This document shows, in pieces, positions 8,180-17,903 of a stretch of DNA of 32,162 bases. The DNA is from Promethearchaeota archaeon (GTDB lineage: Archaea; Asgardarchaeota; Lokiarchaeia; Sigyniarchaeales; SOKP01). Both the position numbers and the translations under genes were made by a program. The notes under the pieces were generated by a model. That model searched no databases. It had not been told where the DNA came from and was given only the letters and a program-made list of their open reading frames with translations. The stretch is taken from positions 1,395 to 33,556 of the forward strand of contig JBHLOC010000051.1 of the NCBI GenBank assembly GCA_048940925.1, given 5' to 3'. Every line of letters begins with the position of its first letter. Position 1 is the stretch's first letter.

Positions 8180-9853
8180 TCATTCTCCGAAATATTTTCC
8201 TGCTGCTTTTAATTTCGCTATTTCTTTTTCTTCTAATTGTTTAAAGTCAATTTTTCCGACTAAAGTTTTTGGTAATTGGTCAGTGAATTCAATTTCGCGT
8301 GGACAGCTCCATTTGATCAAATTTTCTTTACAGTAGTCAATCAATTTTTTTTCCATTTCAATACTGGCTTTTTTAGGATCTTTTAACACTACAAATACTT
8401 TTACTTTTTGGATTTGTTTTTCATCGGGTACTCCAATAACACAAGCTTCAAGAACATCTGGATGTTTATAAAAGATATCTTCGACTTGAGCTGGATAAAC
8501 ATTAAAACCAGATGATTTTATCATACGTTTTAGTCTAATTTTAAAATAGAAAAACCCATCTTTATCCATTGTAGCAATATCTCCTGTATGGAGCCAGATT
8601 TTTCCATCGCTGTGTTTTCTTAGAGTTTTTGCAGTTTCTTCGGGTTTATCTAGATATCCTAACATAACAGCAGGTCCATGAATACATAACTCACCTTCTT
8701 GACCAATTGGAGCTTCTTCTAATGTATCAATATTTACTATTTTCATCATCATATCGGGAAAGGGAATTCCGATACTACCTTCTCTATATTCACCTAATGG
8801 CATTGCGCATATTCCAGTAACTGCTTCTGTTAATCCATATCCTTCCCTGAGCTGAACATTTGAGCCATTATTTCTACAAATTTCTTCGAATTTTTCTTTT
8901 GTTGTACGTGGTAGAGTATCAGCTCCACAAAAAGCAGCTTTTAAAAAACTTAACTCTGTGGTTTGAAATTGTGGGTTTCGATTAAGAGCTTCATATAATG
9001 TAGGCACTCCAAATATTAAGTTTGGTTTTTTAGTTTTAATTAAATCAGCAACTTGATCTGGTGTAAATGATGGAACTAAGATGCTTTTACCTCCTCCCAT
9101 AAATACAGCATTAACACATACACCAAGTCCAAAACCATGAAAGATTGGTAATATTGCAAGCGCTGAATCTTTATCTGATAAATCCATCCAAGTGGCAACT
9201 TGTGTCCCCTCTGCAATAAAGTTGTAATTTGAAAGCATGATTCCCTTTGGAACCCCAGTAGTTCCGCCAGAATATAAAACTACAGCTAATTCATCAGAAC
9301 CCATGTCAGATTTAGGTATATCTGAGTATGATCTAGCCATAATATATTTCCACCATTGGATTTTGGGATTTTCAGGAATATCTACTCGTTCTGGCCCTAA
9401 TTGAGTCAGAATTATCATTTTTAGAGGTGTGTTGTCAATAATTTTCTCTACATTATTGTAAACTTTATCAATAGTAAGCATAAAAGAACTATTACTCAAG
9501 TTTAAAAAAAATTCAATTTGTTTTGGCGGACTTAGGGGATGGATCATACTTGCAATAGCTCCTATCTTATTTATTGAATAAAAACAGATAATGCCTTGTG
9601 GGGATGTAGGCATTGCTATTGTCATCCGATTACCCTCTCTTAATCCTAAATTATATAAAGCTTTTGCACATTGATCAATTTCTTCAATCAATTGTTTATA
9701 AGTTGATTCATATCCCATAAAGTCATAAGTTATTGAATTAGGATATTTTTCAGAGGTTTTTAATAAAGTATTATACATCGTAGTTCTTGGATAATCAATA
9801 CACTCAGGTACATGTTTATCGTAAAATTTTAACCAAGGTTTTTTCTCATACAT
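8180..9853 (-). CDS. Long-chain fatty-acid--CoA ligase (AMP-binding family)
   Basis: YSGGTTGVPKG, EGYGLTE, WLHTGD, IKSSGFNVYPAQVE and LPKTLVGK motifs. Confidence 0.93.
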   Translation of the reverse strand: MYEKKPWLKFYDKHVPECIDYPRTTMYNTLLKTSEKYPNSITYDFMGYESTYKQLIEEIDQCAKALYNLGLREGNRMTIAMPTSPQGIICFYSINKIGAIASMIHPLSPPKQIEFFLNLSNSSFMLTIDKVYNNVEKIIDNTPLKMIILTQLGPERVDIPENPKIQWWKYIMARSYSDIPKSDMGSDELAVVLYSGGTTGVPKGIMLSNYNFIAEGTQVATWMDLSDKDSALAILPIFHGFGLGVCVNAVFMGGGKSILVPSFTPDQVADLIKTKKPNLIFGVPTLYEALNRNPQFQTTELSFLKAAFCGADTLPRTTKEKFEEICRNNGSNVQLREGYGLTEAVTGICAMPLGEYREGSIGIPFPDMMMKIVNIDTLEEAPIGQEGELCIHGPAVMLGYLDKPEETAKTLRKHSDGKIWLHTGDIATMDKDGFFYFKIRLKRMIKSSGFNVYPAQVEDIFYKHPDVLEACVIGVPDEKQIQKVKVFVVLKDPKKASIEMEKKLIDYCKENLIKWSCPREIEFTDQLPKTLVGKIDFKQLEEKEIAKLKAAGKYFGE

Positions 9854-9971
9854 TTACAATTTTACTCCTTATGTTCATTTAATATATAAATCTTAAGATA
9901 TAACATTCGATATTTAAATTTCTAAAAAATATCTAAAAGAAGATATTTCTGGATATATTTATAATATTATT

Positions 9972-10487
9972 TCATTTGCTCATTTTCTTTCTAATTAGTA
10001 AAAATGTTATTCCTACTGTGAATATGAGTGAGATTAATAAGAATTCCAAACGAAAACCAGGTATTATTGGAAGATAATATCTTGTTAAGTCTTTATCGCA
10101 AGTTAGTGTAAAAGAGTCTGGACCACCTTCAACTAAAATAATTTCAATATAATATACTTTTGCCTGGAGAGCAGTATAATTTATATAAGGGTTATCATCT
10201 ACACTATAAGCTACTGTTCCACGATGATTAAAAATCTTATTATTCAAAGTTTTATCACTTTTCACAAATGATTCGATGGGGCGTCTATTAAAGAGGAAGA
10301 GAGTGAAGTTTCCGCTTTCTTCATGGGATACAGTAAATTCAATATTTTCACTTACATTTAAATCAAATAAAAAGAAGATGTAATTTCCATCTTTAATATA
10401 ATCAACATGCGAGAATGCAACACTATTAGTAATTGGAAATAAAAGAAAAAAGAATAGACAAGATATAAATATCTTTTTACGATTCAT
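9972..10487 (-). CDS. Secreted protein with C-terminal IPGF-TM-basic sorting signal (PGF-CTERM/Loki-CTERM-like)
   Basis: N-terminal signal peptide; C-terminus IIPGFRLEFLLISLIFTVGITFLLIRKKMSK. Confidence 0.75.
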   Translation of the reverse strand: MNRKKIFISCLFFFLLFPITNSVAFSHVDYIKDGNYIFFLFDLNVSENIEFTVSHEESGNFTLFLFNRRPIESFVKSDKTLNNKIFNHRGTVAYSVDDNPYINYTALQAKVYYIEIILVEGGPDSFTLTCDKDLTRYYLPIIPGFRLEFLLISLIFTVGITFLLIRKKMSK

Positions 10488-10681
10488 TAATCAATTATAA
10501 GTAGAATTATTTTAAAATAGATATTATAAATTACATTTTAAAAGTTTTCATTTTTAAGTTTGGGTATTAACATGATAAAATTACTTCCCTTAAAATAATC
10601 ACCTTTAATTTTATCTTTAACCTTAATTTTTCTATATAAGAATCAATGATTTTTTGAATTATTATTGGATATTAAAATTAT

Positions 10682-11590
10682 ATGTTTAGAGATTTAGTTG
10701 ATTCAAAGATGGATAATTTTGTCTTGGAAAATTTGGAATTTGGAAAGTATCATGGTTTAGGTAATGATTATATCATAATTAATGATATTAAATGGAAAAT
10801 TCCTGAACTAAAAAAATCAGATTTAGCAGAAAAGTTATGTGAATTTCATTTCTCTATTGGAGCAGATGGATTGCTTTTTGTATGTGAATCTAAAGATGCA
10901 GATATCAAAATGAGGATATTTAATAATGATGGAGTAGAAGCTGAAATGTGTGGAAATGGAATCCGATGTTTTTCTAAGTATATTTATGAGAACGATCTTG
11001 TAAAAAAGAATGAGATCAAAATTGAGACTCTCAAGGGTATTATAAGTACGAACCTTAATATTATCAATGGGAATGTAAAAAGTGTTTTAATTGATATGGG
11101 AGCCCCTATTTTAAATTGTGAAAAAATACCTGTTATTTCAGATAGTTACATAAATCAATGCGTAAATGAATCAATAGTCATATTGGATAAAATATTTAGT
11201 TTTACAGCTGTTTCTATGGGAAATCCGCATGCTGTTATTTTTATAGACCAACAACTAAATGACCATAAATTAAATATGTACGGTGCTGCAATAGAATCTC
11301 ACGAGCGATTTCCAAACAAGACTAATGTTGAATTTGTAAAAATTATTTCTGATAATGAGATAATTGTCAGAGTATTTGAAAGAGGAGTAGGTATTACTAA
11401 ATCATGTGGCACTGGGGCATGTGCTTCTGTTGTTGCGGGTTCTATTTTAGGTGTATTAAAAAAAAATGAGCTGATTACTGTACATAATGATGGTGGTGAT
11501 TTAAAAATCACATATACGGGTAAAACTGTTCTTATGGAAGGTCCTATCGAAAAAGTTTTTACTGGTGTATTAAACAGAATTGAGATTTAA
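10682..11590 (+). CDS. dapF: Diaminopimelate epimerase (start may be the ATG at 10709)
   Basis: KYHGLGNDY, IGADG, EMCGNGIRC, MGNPHAV, NVEF and ERGVGITKSCGTG motifs with both catalytic Cys. Confidence 0.96.
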   Translation: MFRDLVDSKMDNFVLENLEFGKYHGLGNDYIIINDIKWKIPELKKSDLAEKLCEFHFSIGADGLLFVCESKDADIKMRIFNNDGVEAEMCGNGIRCFSKYIYENDLVKKNEIKIETLKGIISTNLNIINGNVKSVLIDMGAPILNCEKIPVISDSYINQCVNESIVILDKIFSFTAVSMGNPHAVIFIDQQLNDHKLNMYGAAIESHERFPNKTNVEFVKIISDNEIIVRVFERGVGITKSCGTGACASVVAGSILGVLKKNELITVHNDGGDLKITYTGKTVLMEGPIEKVFTGVLNRIEI

Positions 11591-11669
11591 ATAAAATTTA
11601 ATAATAATTATGAAGTAAATTATCCCAATTTATTATAATAAATAATTAATAGACTGAATATAATTAATT

Positions 11670-12983
11670 ATGAAATACATTGATTGGTTGAAAAATAAGG
11701 ATTTAGAGTATAAGAGAGAGGTTTTACACTTTGCTGATATAAGCACGTTAAATCTTGTTGAGAAATTCGGTACTCCTATTTATGTAATTAGTGAAAAATT
11801 AATTAGAAAAAGATATTGTGAATTAAAAAAATTATTAGATTCAGTGTATGAAAAGAATCAGATATATTTTGCAGTTAAATCAAATTCTAATCTCTCAATT
11901 TTGAAAATATTAAAGTCAGAAGGATCGAATTTTGATTGTTCATCGACTGGAGAAATATACACATGCTTTAGCGCGGGAATTTCTGCTGATCAGATAATCT
12001 ATACAGGAAATATGTTTACTAATGATGATTTTGAATTTTCTGTTGAAAATAATATTTTAATTAATTTAGATAGCATAAGTCAACTTGAGAGACTAGTAAA
12101 AATTTATGAAAAGAAGGGAAAAGATCCAAATATCGTATCATTTAGATTTAATCCGGAAATTGGAGCGGGACATCATCCTCATACAATAACAGCGGGAAAA
12201 GAAATAAAGTTTGGCATTTTAGAGGAGCAGATTATAATGGCATACTCAAAAGCTAAAAAACTTGGTTTTAAAAAGTTTGGTATTCATCAACATATAGGGT
12301 CAGGTATTATAGATCCTAGAGATTTTCAAAAACCAGCTAAAAAATTTCTATCTGCTATAGAAAAGGTTGCTCAGACCTTAAATATACAATTTGAGTTTGT
12401 AGATTTCGGTGGCGGTATCGGTATACCTTATCATCCAGAAGAAGAGCCTATAGACTTGATAAAATACGGTGAAATTTTATTTAAAGAATTTAAAGAGTAT
12501 GTTAAGAAAGGAGACATTGGGGAACCTGCTCTATATATTGAACCTGGACGCTATATAACCGCTGAATCAGGCATTATTTTAACACAGATTAATACAATTA
12601 AAGATAATGGATTTAAGATGTTTGCTGGAATCAATGTCGGTTTCAATACATTAATTAGACCAACACTATATGGAGCCTATCACCATATTATTCCTTGTAA
12701 TGAAAAACGTAAAGGAATAATGCAACAATATGATATTGTTGGTCCTATTTGCGAAAGTGGTGATGTTATTGGAAAGGGTCGATCCTTACAGGAGTTATTT
12801 GAGGGAGATTATCTTGCTATACTTGATGCTGGCGCCTACGGTTTTACAATGAGCAGTAATTACAATTCAAGACCTAAACCTGCAGAGATCTTATTATCAA
12901 ATGGGCAATGTTTTAAAATACGTAAAGAAGAGTCCTATGATGATTTGATTAGAAATGATATAATACCAGATTATTTAATATAA
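11670..12983 (+). CDS. lysA: Diaminopimelate decarboxylase
   Basis: FGTPIY, FAVKSN (PLP Lys), HIGSG, DFGGG, IEPGR, GPICESGD, AGAYG and MSSNYNSRP; adjacent to dapF. Confidence 0.95.
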   Translation: MKYIDWLKNKDLEYKREVLHFADISTLNLVEKFGTPIYVISEKLIRKRYCELKKLLDSVYEKNQIYFAVKSNSNLSILKILKSEGSNFDCSSTGEIYTCFSAGISADQIIYTGNMFTNDDFEFSVENNILINLDSISQLERLVKIYEKKGKDPNIVSFRFNPEIGAGHHPHTITAGKEIKFGILEEQIIMAYSKAKKLGFKKFGIHQHIGSGIIDPRDFQKPAKKFLSAIEKVAQTLNIQFEFVDFGGGIGIPYHPEEEPIDLIKYGEILFKEFKEYVKKGDIGEPALYIEPGRYITAESGIILTQINTIKDNGFKMFAGINVGFNTLIRPTLYGAYHHIIPCNEKRKGIMQQYDIVGPICESGDVIGKGRSLQELFEGDYLAILDAGAYGFTMSSNYNSRPKPAEILLSNGQCFKIRKEESYDDLIRNDIIPDYLI

Positions 12984-13237
12984 ACAAAATAAAGTTTATC
13001 TAAACCATATCCATTAAAACTTTAAATGATTATATTCTTATTGAGATAAAATTATAAAAAATGAGAAAATTAGGGCATGGATACCCCTTAGTATTCTCGA
13101 TGAAGTGTTGGCATTATGAAATCGATATTTAGTTATTAAACTAAAGAGATTAATGAAAATACTGATCTGCACTGATACCATTTATAATTTTATCTCATTC
13201 TTCTAACGATTTGAAAAAATAAAAGTAATCTACTTTA

Positions 13238-14059
13238 TTATAGATCAAGCACTTCGCTCGTAGTATAAATCTTTGCCTTTTTTATCTTAGCAACAAATTT
13301 AATGGCATTAATTGCCCCATTTGCAAAACACTCCCGACTATGAGCTTGATGTTTCAATTCTATCCTTTCTCCCGGCCCAGCATATAATATTACATGATCA
13401 CCTACAATATCTCCGGCACGAATTGAATGAAATCCAATCTCTTTTTTTGCTCCTACAAATCTTTTATTTGGACCTCGCTTTCGACCAAATTTAGCAATTT
13501 TTTCAAAGTCAGAGCCAACTGTATTACTTATTAAATATCCAATTTTTAAAGCTGTGCCACTTGGGGCATCAATTTTTCTATGATGATGTGTTTCTAATAT
13601 TTCAATATCCCAGTCCTGTAAATATTGGGTTAATATTGAAGCCATTTTGAAAAGTACATTTACGCCAGTTGCCATATTTGGTGATATTACAGCAGGAGCA
13701 TTATGTTCTCCTACTAGTCTTTCAAATTTATTAAGGAATTCTTGAGACAACGCAGTGGTTCCGATTACACATCGAATTCCATTCTTAACGCAAATTAAAC
13801 AATTTTTTTCTGTAGCCGAAGCTACAGTAAAATCAACAGCTACCTGAGGTTTTGTTTCATTAATTATCTCATTAAGCCTTCTTACATCAGTAATTTTTAT
13901 TTTATTAGTGTCTATAATACCAGAGATAAAACCCAATTCATCACCAATATTATTGATATCACAAGCAGCAACTACTTCAATTTCTTCATCCTCTAAGGCT
14001 AACTTGCTAATTAATTTTCCCATTACACCGGTAGGCCCTAAAACCAATAGTTTAATCAA
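13238..14059 (-). CDS. dapB: 4-hydroxy-tetrahydrodipicolinate reductase
   Basis: GPTGVMG, VDFT, VIGTT, PNMATG, ETHHHRKIDAPSGTA, RAGDIVGDH and HQAHSRECFA; TTG start. Confidence 0.96.
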   Translation of the reverse strand: MIKLLVLGPTGVMGKLISKLALEDEEIEVVAACDINNIGDELGFISGIIDTNKIKITDVRRLNEIINETKPQVAVDFTVASATEKNCLICVKNGIRCVIGTTALSQEFLNKFERLVGEHNAPAVISPNMATGVNVLFKMASILTQYLQDWDIEILETHHHRKIDAPSGTALKIGYLISNTVGSDFEKIAKFGRKRGPNKRFVGAKKEIGFHSIRAGDIVGDHVILYAGPGERIELKHQAHSRECFANGAINAIKFVAKIKKAKIYTTSEVLDL

Positions 14060-14080
14060 TTTTTATCCCTCTAATATTTA

Positions 14081-14995
14081 TTAAATTAGATTTAAATTTT
14101 CTAATACTTGTTTAATTTTGAGTTGATTTACTTCTAATGGAGGAGTAAGAGGTAGTCTCATTCTTTTATTCATTAACCCTATGATCTCAGCTGCAAATTT
14201 CACAGGTCCTGGATTTGTCTCACAAAACAAGATTTTAAATAAGTCGTATAATTTTATTTGCATTTCTCGAGCTTTCAGCCATTCATTATTAAGCATTGTG
14301 TTAGTAAATTCAACCATCTTGGATGGTATGATATTTGAAGCGACACTAATAACTCCTTTTCCTCCTAAAGCCATGATATGATACGTCATGCTGTCATCAC
14401 CACTTAAAACTATAAAATCTTCTGGCGTTGTCTTAATGATTCTTGTTATTTGATCAATATCTCCACTTGCACATTTAATTCCTACAATGTTGTCTTTAGA
14501 ATATGCTAATTTTGAAACCGTTTCAGCTTCCAAATTTCTGCCAGTCCTGCTTGGAACATTATAAAGTATTATGGGTAAAGAGACAGAATCTGCTATTGCA
14601 GAATAATGATCTATTAAGGAATGCTGAACAGGTTTATTATAATATGGTACAACTATCAATAAACCATCAGCTCCTGTCTTTTCAGCATATTGAGAGAGAG
14701 AAATTGCCTCTTTAGTGGAATTACTTCCGGAACCTGCCAATACAAATGGATCCTTCCCACTTTTTTTTGCTTCATCTATAGCTATGTCCATAGCAAAATG
14801 ATGCTCTTCATGTGATAAGGTAGCACTCTCACCTGTTGTTCCCATGGTTAAAATTTGACACTCATTTTTTATTTGAAACCTGATAAACTCTCTATATTTC
14901 TCTTCATCTATTGAAAGGTCATCCTTAAAGGGGGTAATCATTGCTGTGATAACATTGTTAAGTTTATCAATTTTAGCCATAAGACACTCTCTCAT
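14081..14995 (-). CDS. dapA: 4-hydroxy-tetrahydrodipicolinate synthase (start may be the ATG at 14980)
   Basis: TAMITPF, GTTGES, PYYNKP, LYNVPSRTG, GIK, SGDD, ISVASN and ETNPGPVK motifs. Confidence 0.96.
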   Translation of the reverse strand: MRECLMAKIDKLNNVITAMITPFKDDLSIDEEKYREFIRFQIKNECQILTMGTTGESATLSHEEHHFAMDIAIDEAKKSGKDPFVLAGSGSNSTKEAISLSQYAEKTGADGLLIVVPYYNKPVQHSLIDHYSAIADSVSLPIILYNVPSRTGRNLEAETVSKLAYSKDNIVGIKCASGDIDQITRIIKTTPEDFIVLSGDDSMTYHIMALGGKGVISVASNIIPSKMVEFTNTMLNNEWLKAREMQIKLYDLFKILFCETNPGPVKFAAEIIGLMNKRMRLPLTPPLEVNQLKIKQVLENLNLI

Positions 14996-15022
14996 TTAAT
15001 TTTAATTAGTAGATTAAAACAT

Positions 15023-15127
15023 AAATTAGTAAAGTTCCCTTATAAGATTTTTTAATTAATTTATAATCCTTCTTAAATATAATTTGTAGTGTTTCAAAAG
15101 ATGTTAATCCTATTCATATTCAAAGAA
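15023..15127. repeat. Copy 1 of a 105-bp diverged direct repeat (promoter region upstream of dapA)
   Basis: Aligns without gaps to 15800-15904, 82/105 identical by manual count. The minus strand carries AAAAAATC-TTATAAGG, a BRE/TATA-like element. Confidence 0.85.
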
Positions 15128-15199
15128 TAAATTCAGAGTGGATTCAGAATTCAGTGAAATACCCTCATAAAGTAATTTTAGCTATTTTTTACTAATAGT

Positions 15200-15781
15200 T
15201 TATTTCTGAAGTAGTTTTGCTACTTTTAGAATATTTAATCCAAGAATTTCTGCTTGTTTTAATCGATTCTCTTGGTTTAAAATATCACTCGGCTCGTCGG
15301 CTACTGCTGTTACACCATTTAATTCACCAGGAACACATATAATTCCACACGAAAGCATCCATGTATAAATGGAATTAATTGTGATTGTTTGACCTCCACA
15401 CGTTCCACGGCCAACTGCAATAGCTCCACCTACTTTCCCTTCTAGAGGCTTATCAAATCTTACCGCATAATGCCTGTCAAGTACAGAGAGTAGTTGGGAA
15501 CTTACATTTCGAGAGTAAACTGGACTTGAGATTATAATGGCATTGCACCATCGAAACGCATCATAAATAATTTTCATATCATCATCAATAATACAAGTAC
15601 CAGTTTCACTACATGACTCGCATGCATTACAAGGTTTTACTGATAATTCACTTAAAAGAAAAATTTTAATATTCCATCCATTAATTTTAAAAGGTTTTAA
15701 AGCATACTTTAAAAGGATTTCACTATTTCCTTTTTTCCTAGGAGTCCCAGAGATACCCATAACATTCATTTTTTTGTACAA
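15200..15781 (-). CDS. Iron-sulfur flavoprotein / NADPH-dependent FMN reductase family
   Basis: ISGTPRKKGNS, CNACESC-x5-C, DDM, SSPVY and LEGKVGGAIAVG motifs. Confidence 0.9.
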   Translation of the reverse strand: MYKKMNVMGISGTPRKKGNSEILLKYALKPFKINGWNIKIFLLSELSVKPCNACESCSETGTCIIDDDMKIIYDAFRWCNAIIISSPVYSRNVSSQLLSVLDRHYAVRFDKPLEGKVGGAIAVGRGTCGGQTITINSIYTWMLSCGIICVPGELNGVTAVADEPSDILNQENRLKQAEILGLNILKVAKLLQK

Positions 15782-15799
15782 ATAAATGATTTTGTTAAC

Positions 15800-15904
15800 A
15801 AATTAGTAAAGTTCCTATATATAACTTTTTAATAACCTTATAATCCTTCTTATACTTGCTTTAAAGCTTTTTAGAAGATATTAATTCTATTCTTATTTAA
15901 AGAA
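15800..15904. repeat. Copy 2 of the 105-bp direct repeat (promoter region upstream of the flavoprotein gene)
   Basis: Shares AAATTAGTAAAGTTCC and TTATAATCCTTCTTA with copy 1 at a constant 777-bp offset. The minus strand carries AAAAAG-TTATATAT. Confidence 0.85.
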
Positions 15905-15981
15905 AAAAGCTATTGAAAACCAAAAAATTAAAAGTACTAAAAATGACTAATTTATATTCTAAAATTTGGGAATAAATTATT

Positions 15982-17001
15982 ATGCCAGAAGATATTCTAG
16001 ACAAATTTCAAGGCACATTGTTAGGTGTTACTATTGGTGATACATTAGGTCATCCTTTTGAAGGAAAAATTCGTTCGGAAATATATTCATTTTTCGATAA
16101 TTTTGAAGAATTCATCCAAAATAATAAAAGATTGTTCAACACCTATACTGACGATTCACAATTAACATTACACACAGCGAAAGCTTTAATTGAAGGTAAT
16201 GGATTTAATGTTGAGAATTTTATCAGAGAATATGTAAATTGGTTAAACGATCCTCCAATAGGTCCTGGTTATGGTTGTATCTCATCAATAAGAAAATTAA
16301 GATATGGTATACCATGGCAACAAGCTTCTTCAAACTCTGGTGGAAATGGAACTGCAATGCGAATAGCACCAATTGGTCTTTTCTATTACAAAAATATAGA
16401 AGCATTAAAAAATGCCGCGATAAAATCTAGTATAATTACTCACTCCCATCCCGCAGCTTCAGCAGGAGCAGTCGTAATAGCGAGAGCAATAGCTTTTTTA
16501 ATCGATAAAAATCCAGAAGAAGGTTTTTCTATAGATGATTTTTTTAATGTAATTATTAATTCAATTTCTAATTCGCAAGAAGAGATATGGGAAGAATTTA
16601 TTACAATTCTAAACAAATTAAAATCAAATTTAGGCATACCTATTGAATCAGGGTTAATTAAATTTTCACAAGTTGGGGTTAAGTCTCCTTATTTCATAGA
16701 ACAATTTCTTGGTAAAGCTTTTGTTCACCCTTATACAATAAGCACTGTTGTGTGTTCACTGTTTATCTTTTTAAACAAATTAACTTCTTTTAAAGAATGT
16801 ATTTTCGAACTTGCAACAGCTGGTGGAGATAGCGATACGATTGGAGCAATTGGGGGAAGTTTAGCTGGTGCTTATTTTGGTTTTAAACAGATTCCAAATG
16901 ATTTGATAAAATTAGTAAAAAATAATAAAAAAGTTTTGAAAATCAGTCAAGAACTCTATAATAAATTTATGGAACGTTTCGAAAGTAATTATTCTTTATG
17001 A
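15982..17001 (+). CDS. ADP-ribosylglycohydrolase (DraG/ARH family)
   Basis: IGDTLG, YTDDSQLT, GNGTAMRIAP, THSHP and GGDSDTIGAIGGSLAGA motifs. Confidence 0.93.
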   Translation: MPEDILDKFQGTLLGVTIGDTLGHPFEGKIRSEIYSFFDNFEEFIQNNKRLFNTYTDDSQLTLHTAKALIEGNGFNVENFIREYVNWLNDPPIGPGYGCISSIRKLRYGIPWQQASSNSGGNGTAMRIAPIGLFYYKNIEALKNAAIKSSIITHSHPAASAGAVVIARAIAFLIDKNPEEGFSIDDFFNVIINSISNSQEEIWEEFITILNKLKSNLGIPIESGLIKFSQVGVKSPYFIEQFLGKAFVHPYTISTVVCSLFIFLNKLTSFKECIFELATAGGDSDTIGAIGGSLAGAYFGFKQIPNDLIKLVKNNKKVLKISQELYNKFMERFESNYSL

Positions 17002-17567
17002 TATAAATAACTTTTCAGTTTATTTAGACATGATGCACAAAATTCTTTCGGTTTATTATCCGTATCTCGTAAAGAATTTGAAAATTTCATAATACAATAA
17101 TTATTACAATGTTTTAAACCGAATGTATGTCCAAGCTCATGAATAGCTTCTTTTAATACTCTTACTTCAAAAAGAGTGTTATTTATAGATCTTCTATAGA
17201 ATTCTTCTCTAAGTCGCGTTATTGAAATTAAAGCTATTATAGGAAAATTTAAATTTTTAATATTCGGGCTCATTGCTAAGCCAAATACGAAATTTAATGA
17301 ACCTGAAAAAGTATCCTTGTCTAATATCCCTAAAATTCTAAAATATTGGATTTCTTGTAATTGGTATGCAAGTTTATTTAAAATTGAGTTGGCGTTATAT
17401 TGTCTTCTTATCGCATTGTAGTCTGATTCTTCTAAAGGAATCTCATTTTCGGCAACCTGGAAAGATATATCAAATTCTTTAAATTCTCTTATTAATTGGT
17501 TTTTCAATCGTATTAATATTTTCTTATTAAAATCTCCTAATTGCTGTAGATATATTGTTTTTTGCAT
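16989..17567 (-). CDS. amzA: Archaemetzincin zinc protease
   Basis: RRQYNA, NFVFGLA and KEAIHELGHTFGLKHCNNYCIMKFSNS...KPKEFCASC (metzincin site plus Cys4 Zn site); overlaps the ARH 3' end by 13 nt. Confidence 0.9.
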   Translation of the reverse strand: MQKTIYLQQLGDFNKKILIRLKNQLIREFKEFDISFQVAENEIPLEESDYNAIRRQYNANSILNKLAYQLQEIQYFRILGILDKDTFSGSLNFVFGLAMSPNIKNLNFPIIALISITRLREEFYRRSINNTLFEVRVLKEAIHELGHTFGLKHCNNYCIMKFSNSLRDTDNKPKEFCASCLNKLKSYLYHKE

Positions 17568-17724
17568 TTTGAAATATAAAAAATAGGGTGATTACGAATA
17601 AGAATATCAATTTTAATTTATAAATAAAATCAAAGATGCTAATTATTAAATAAGTAAGCAATTTATAAATTACTTGTATCAAAAGATCAAAATTTCGTAA
17701 TTAATTAACTATATATCAATATTA

Positions 17725-17796
17725 TTTTGGGTTGAGTCTGAAGGGAGAAATAAAGGTGCTAAATTTAGTTTTTCGCTTCCTTTTACTATGGAATAA
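17725..17796 (+). pseudogene. 3'-terminal remnant of a histidine kinase (HATPase_c G2 box)
   Basis: Translates FWVESEGRNKGAKFSFSLPFTME*. An in-frame TAA lies at 17698-17700 with no start codon between. Confidence 0.7.
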
Positions 17797-17903
17797 CATA
17801 ACTTTCTCAAATAAAATAAATTTTAGATTTTATATTGAATTTGATATATTAAATCGATAAAAATAAAATTGCAATTTAATCAAAGAGAGAATGTGATTAA
17901 AAA

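Noticed and set aside
13112-13160. SECIS-like ATGA...hairpin...GA downstream of lysA
   Set aside because: The 3' GA is out of register with the 5' ATGA core, and neither flanking gene has an in-frame TGA.
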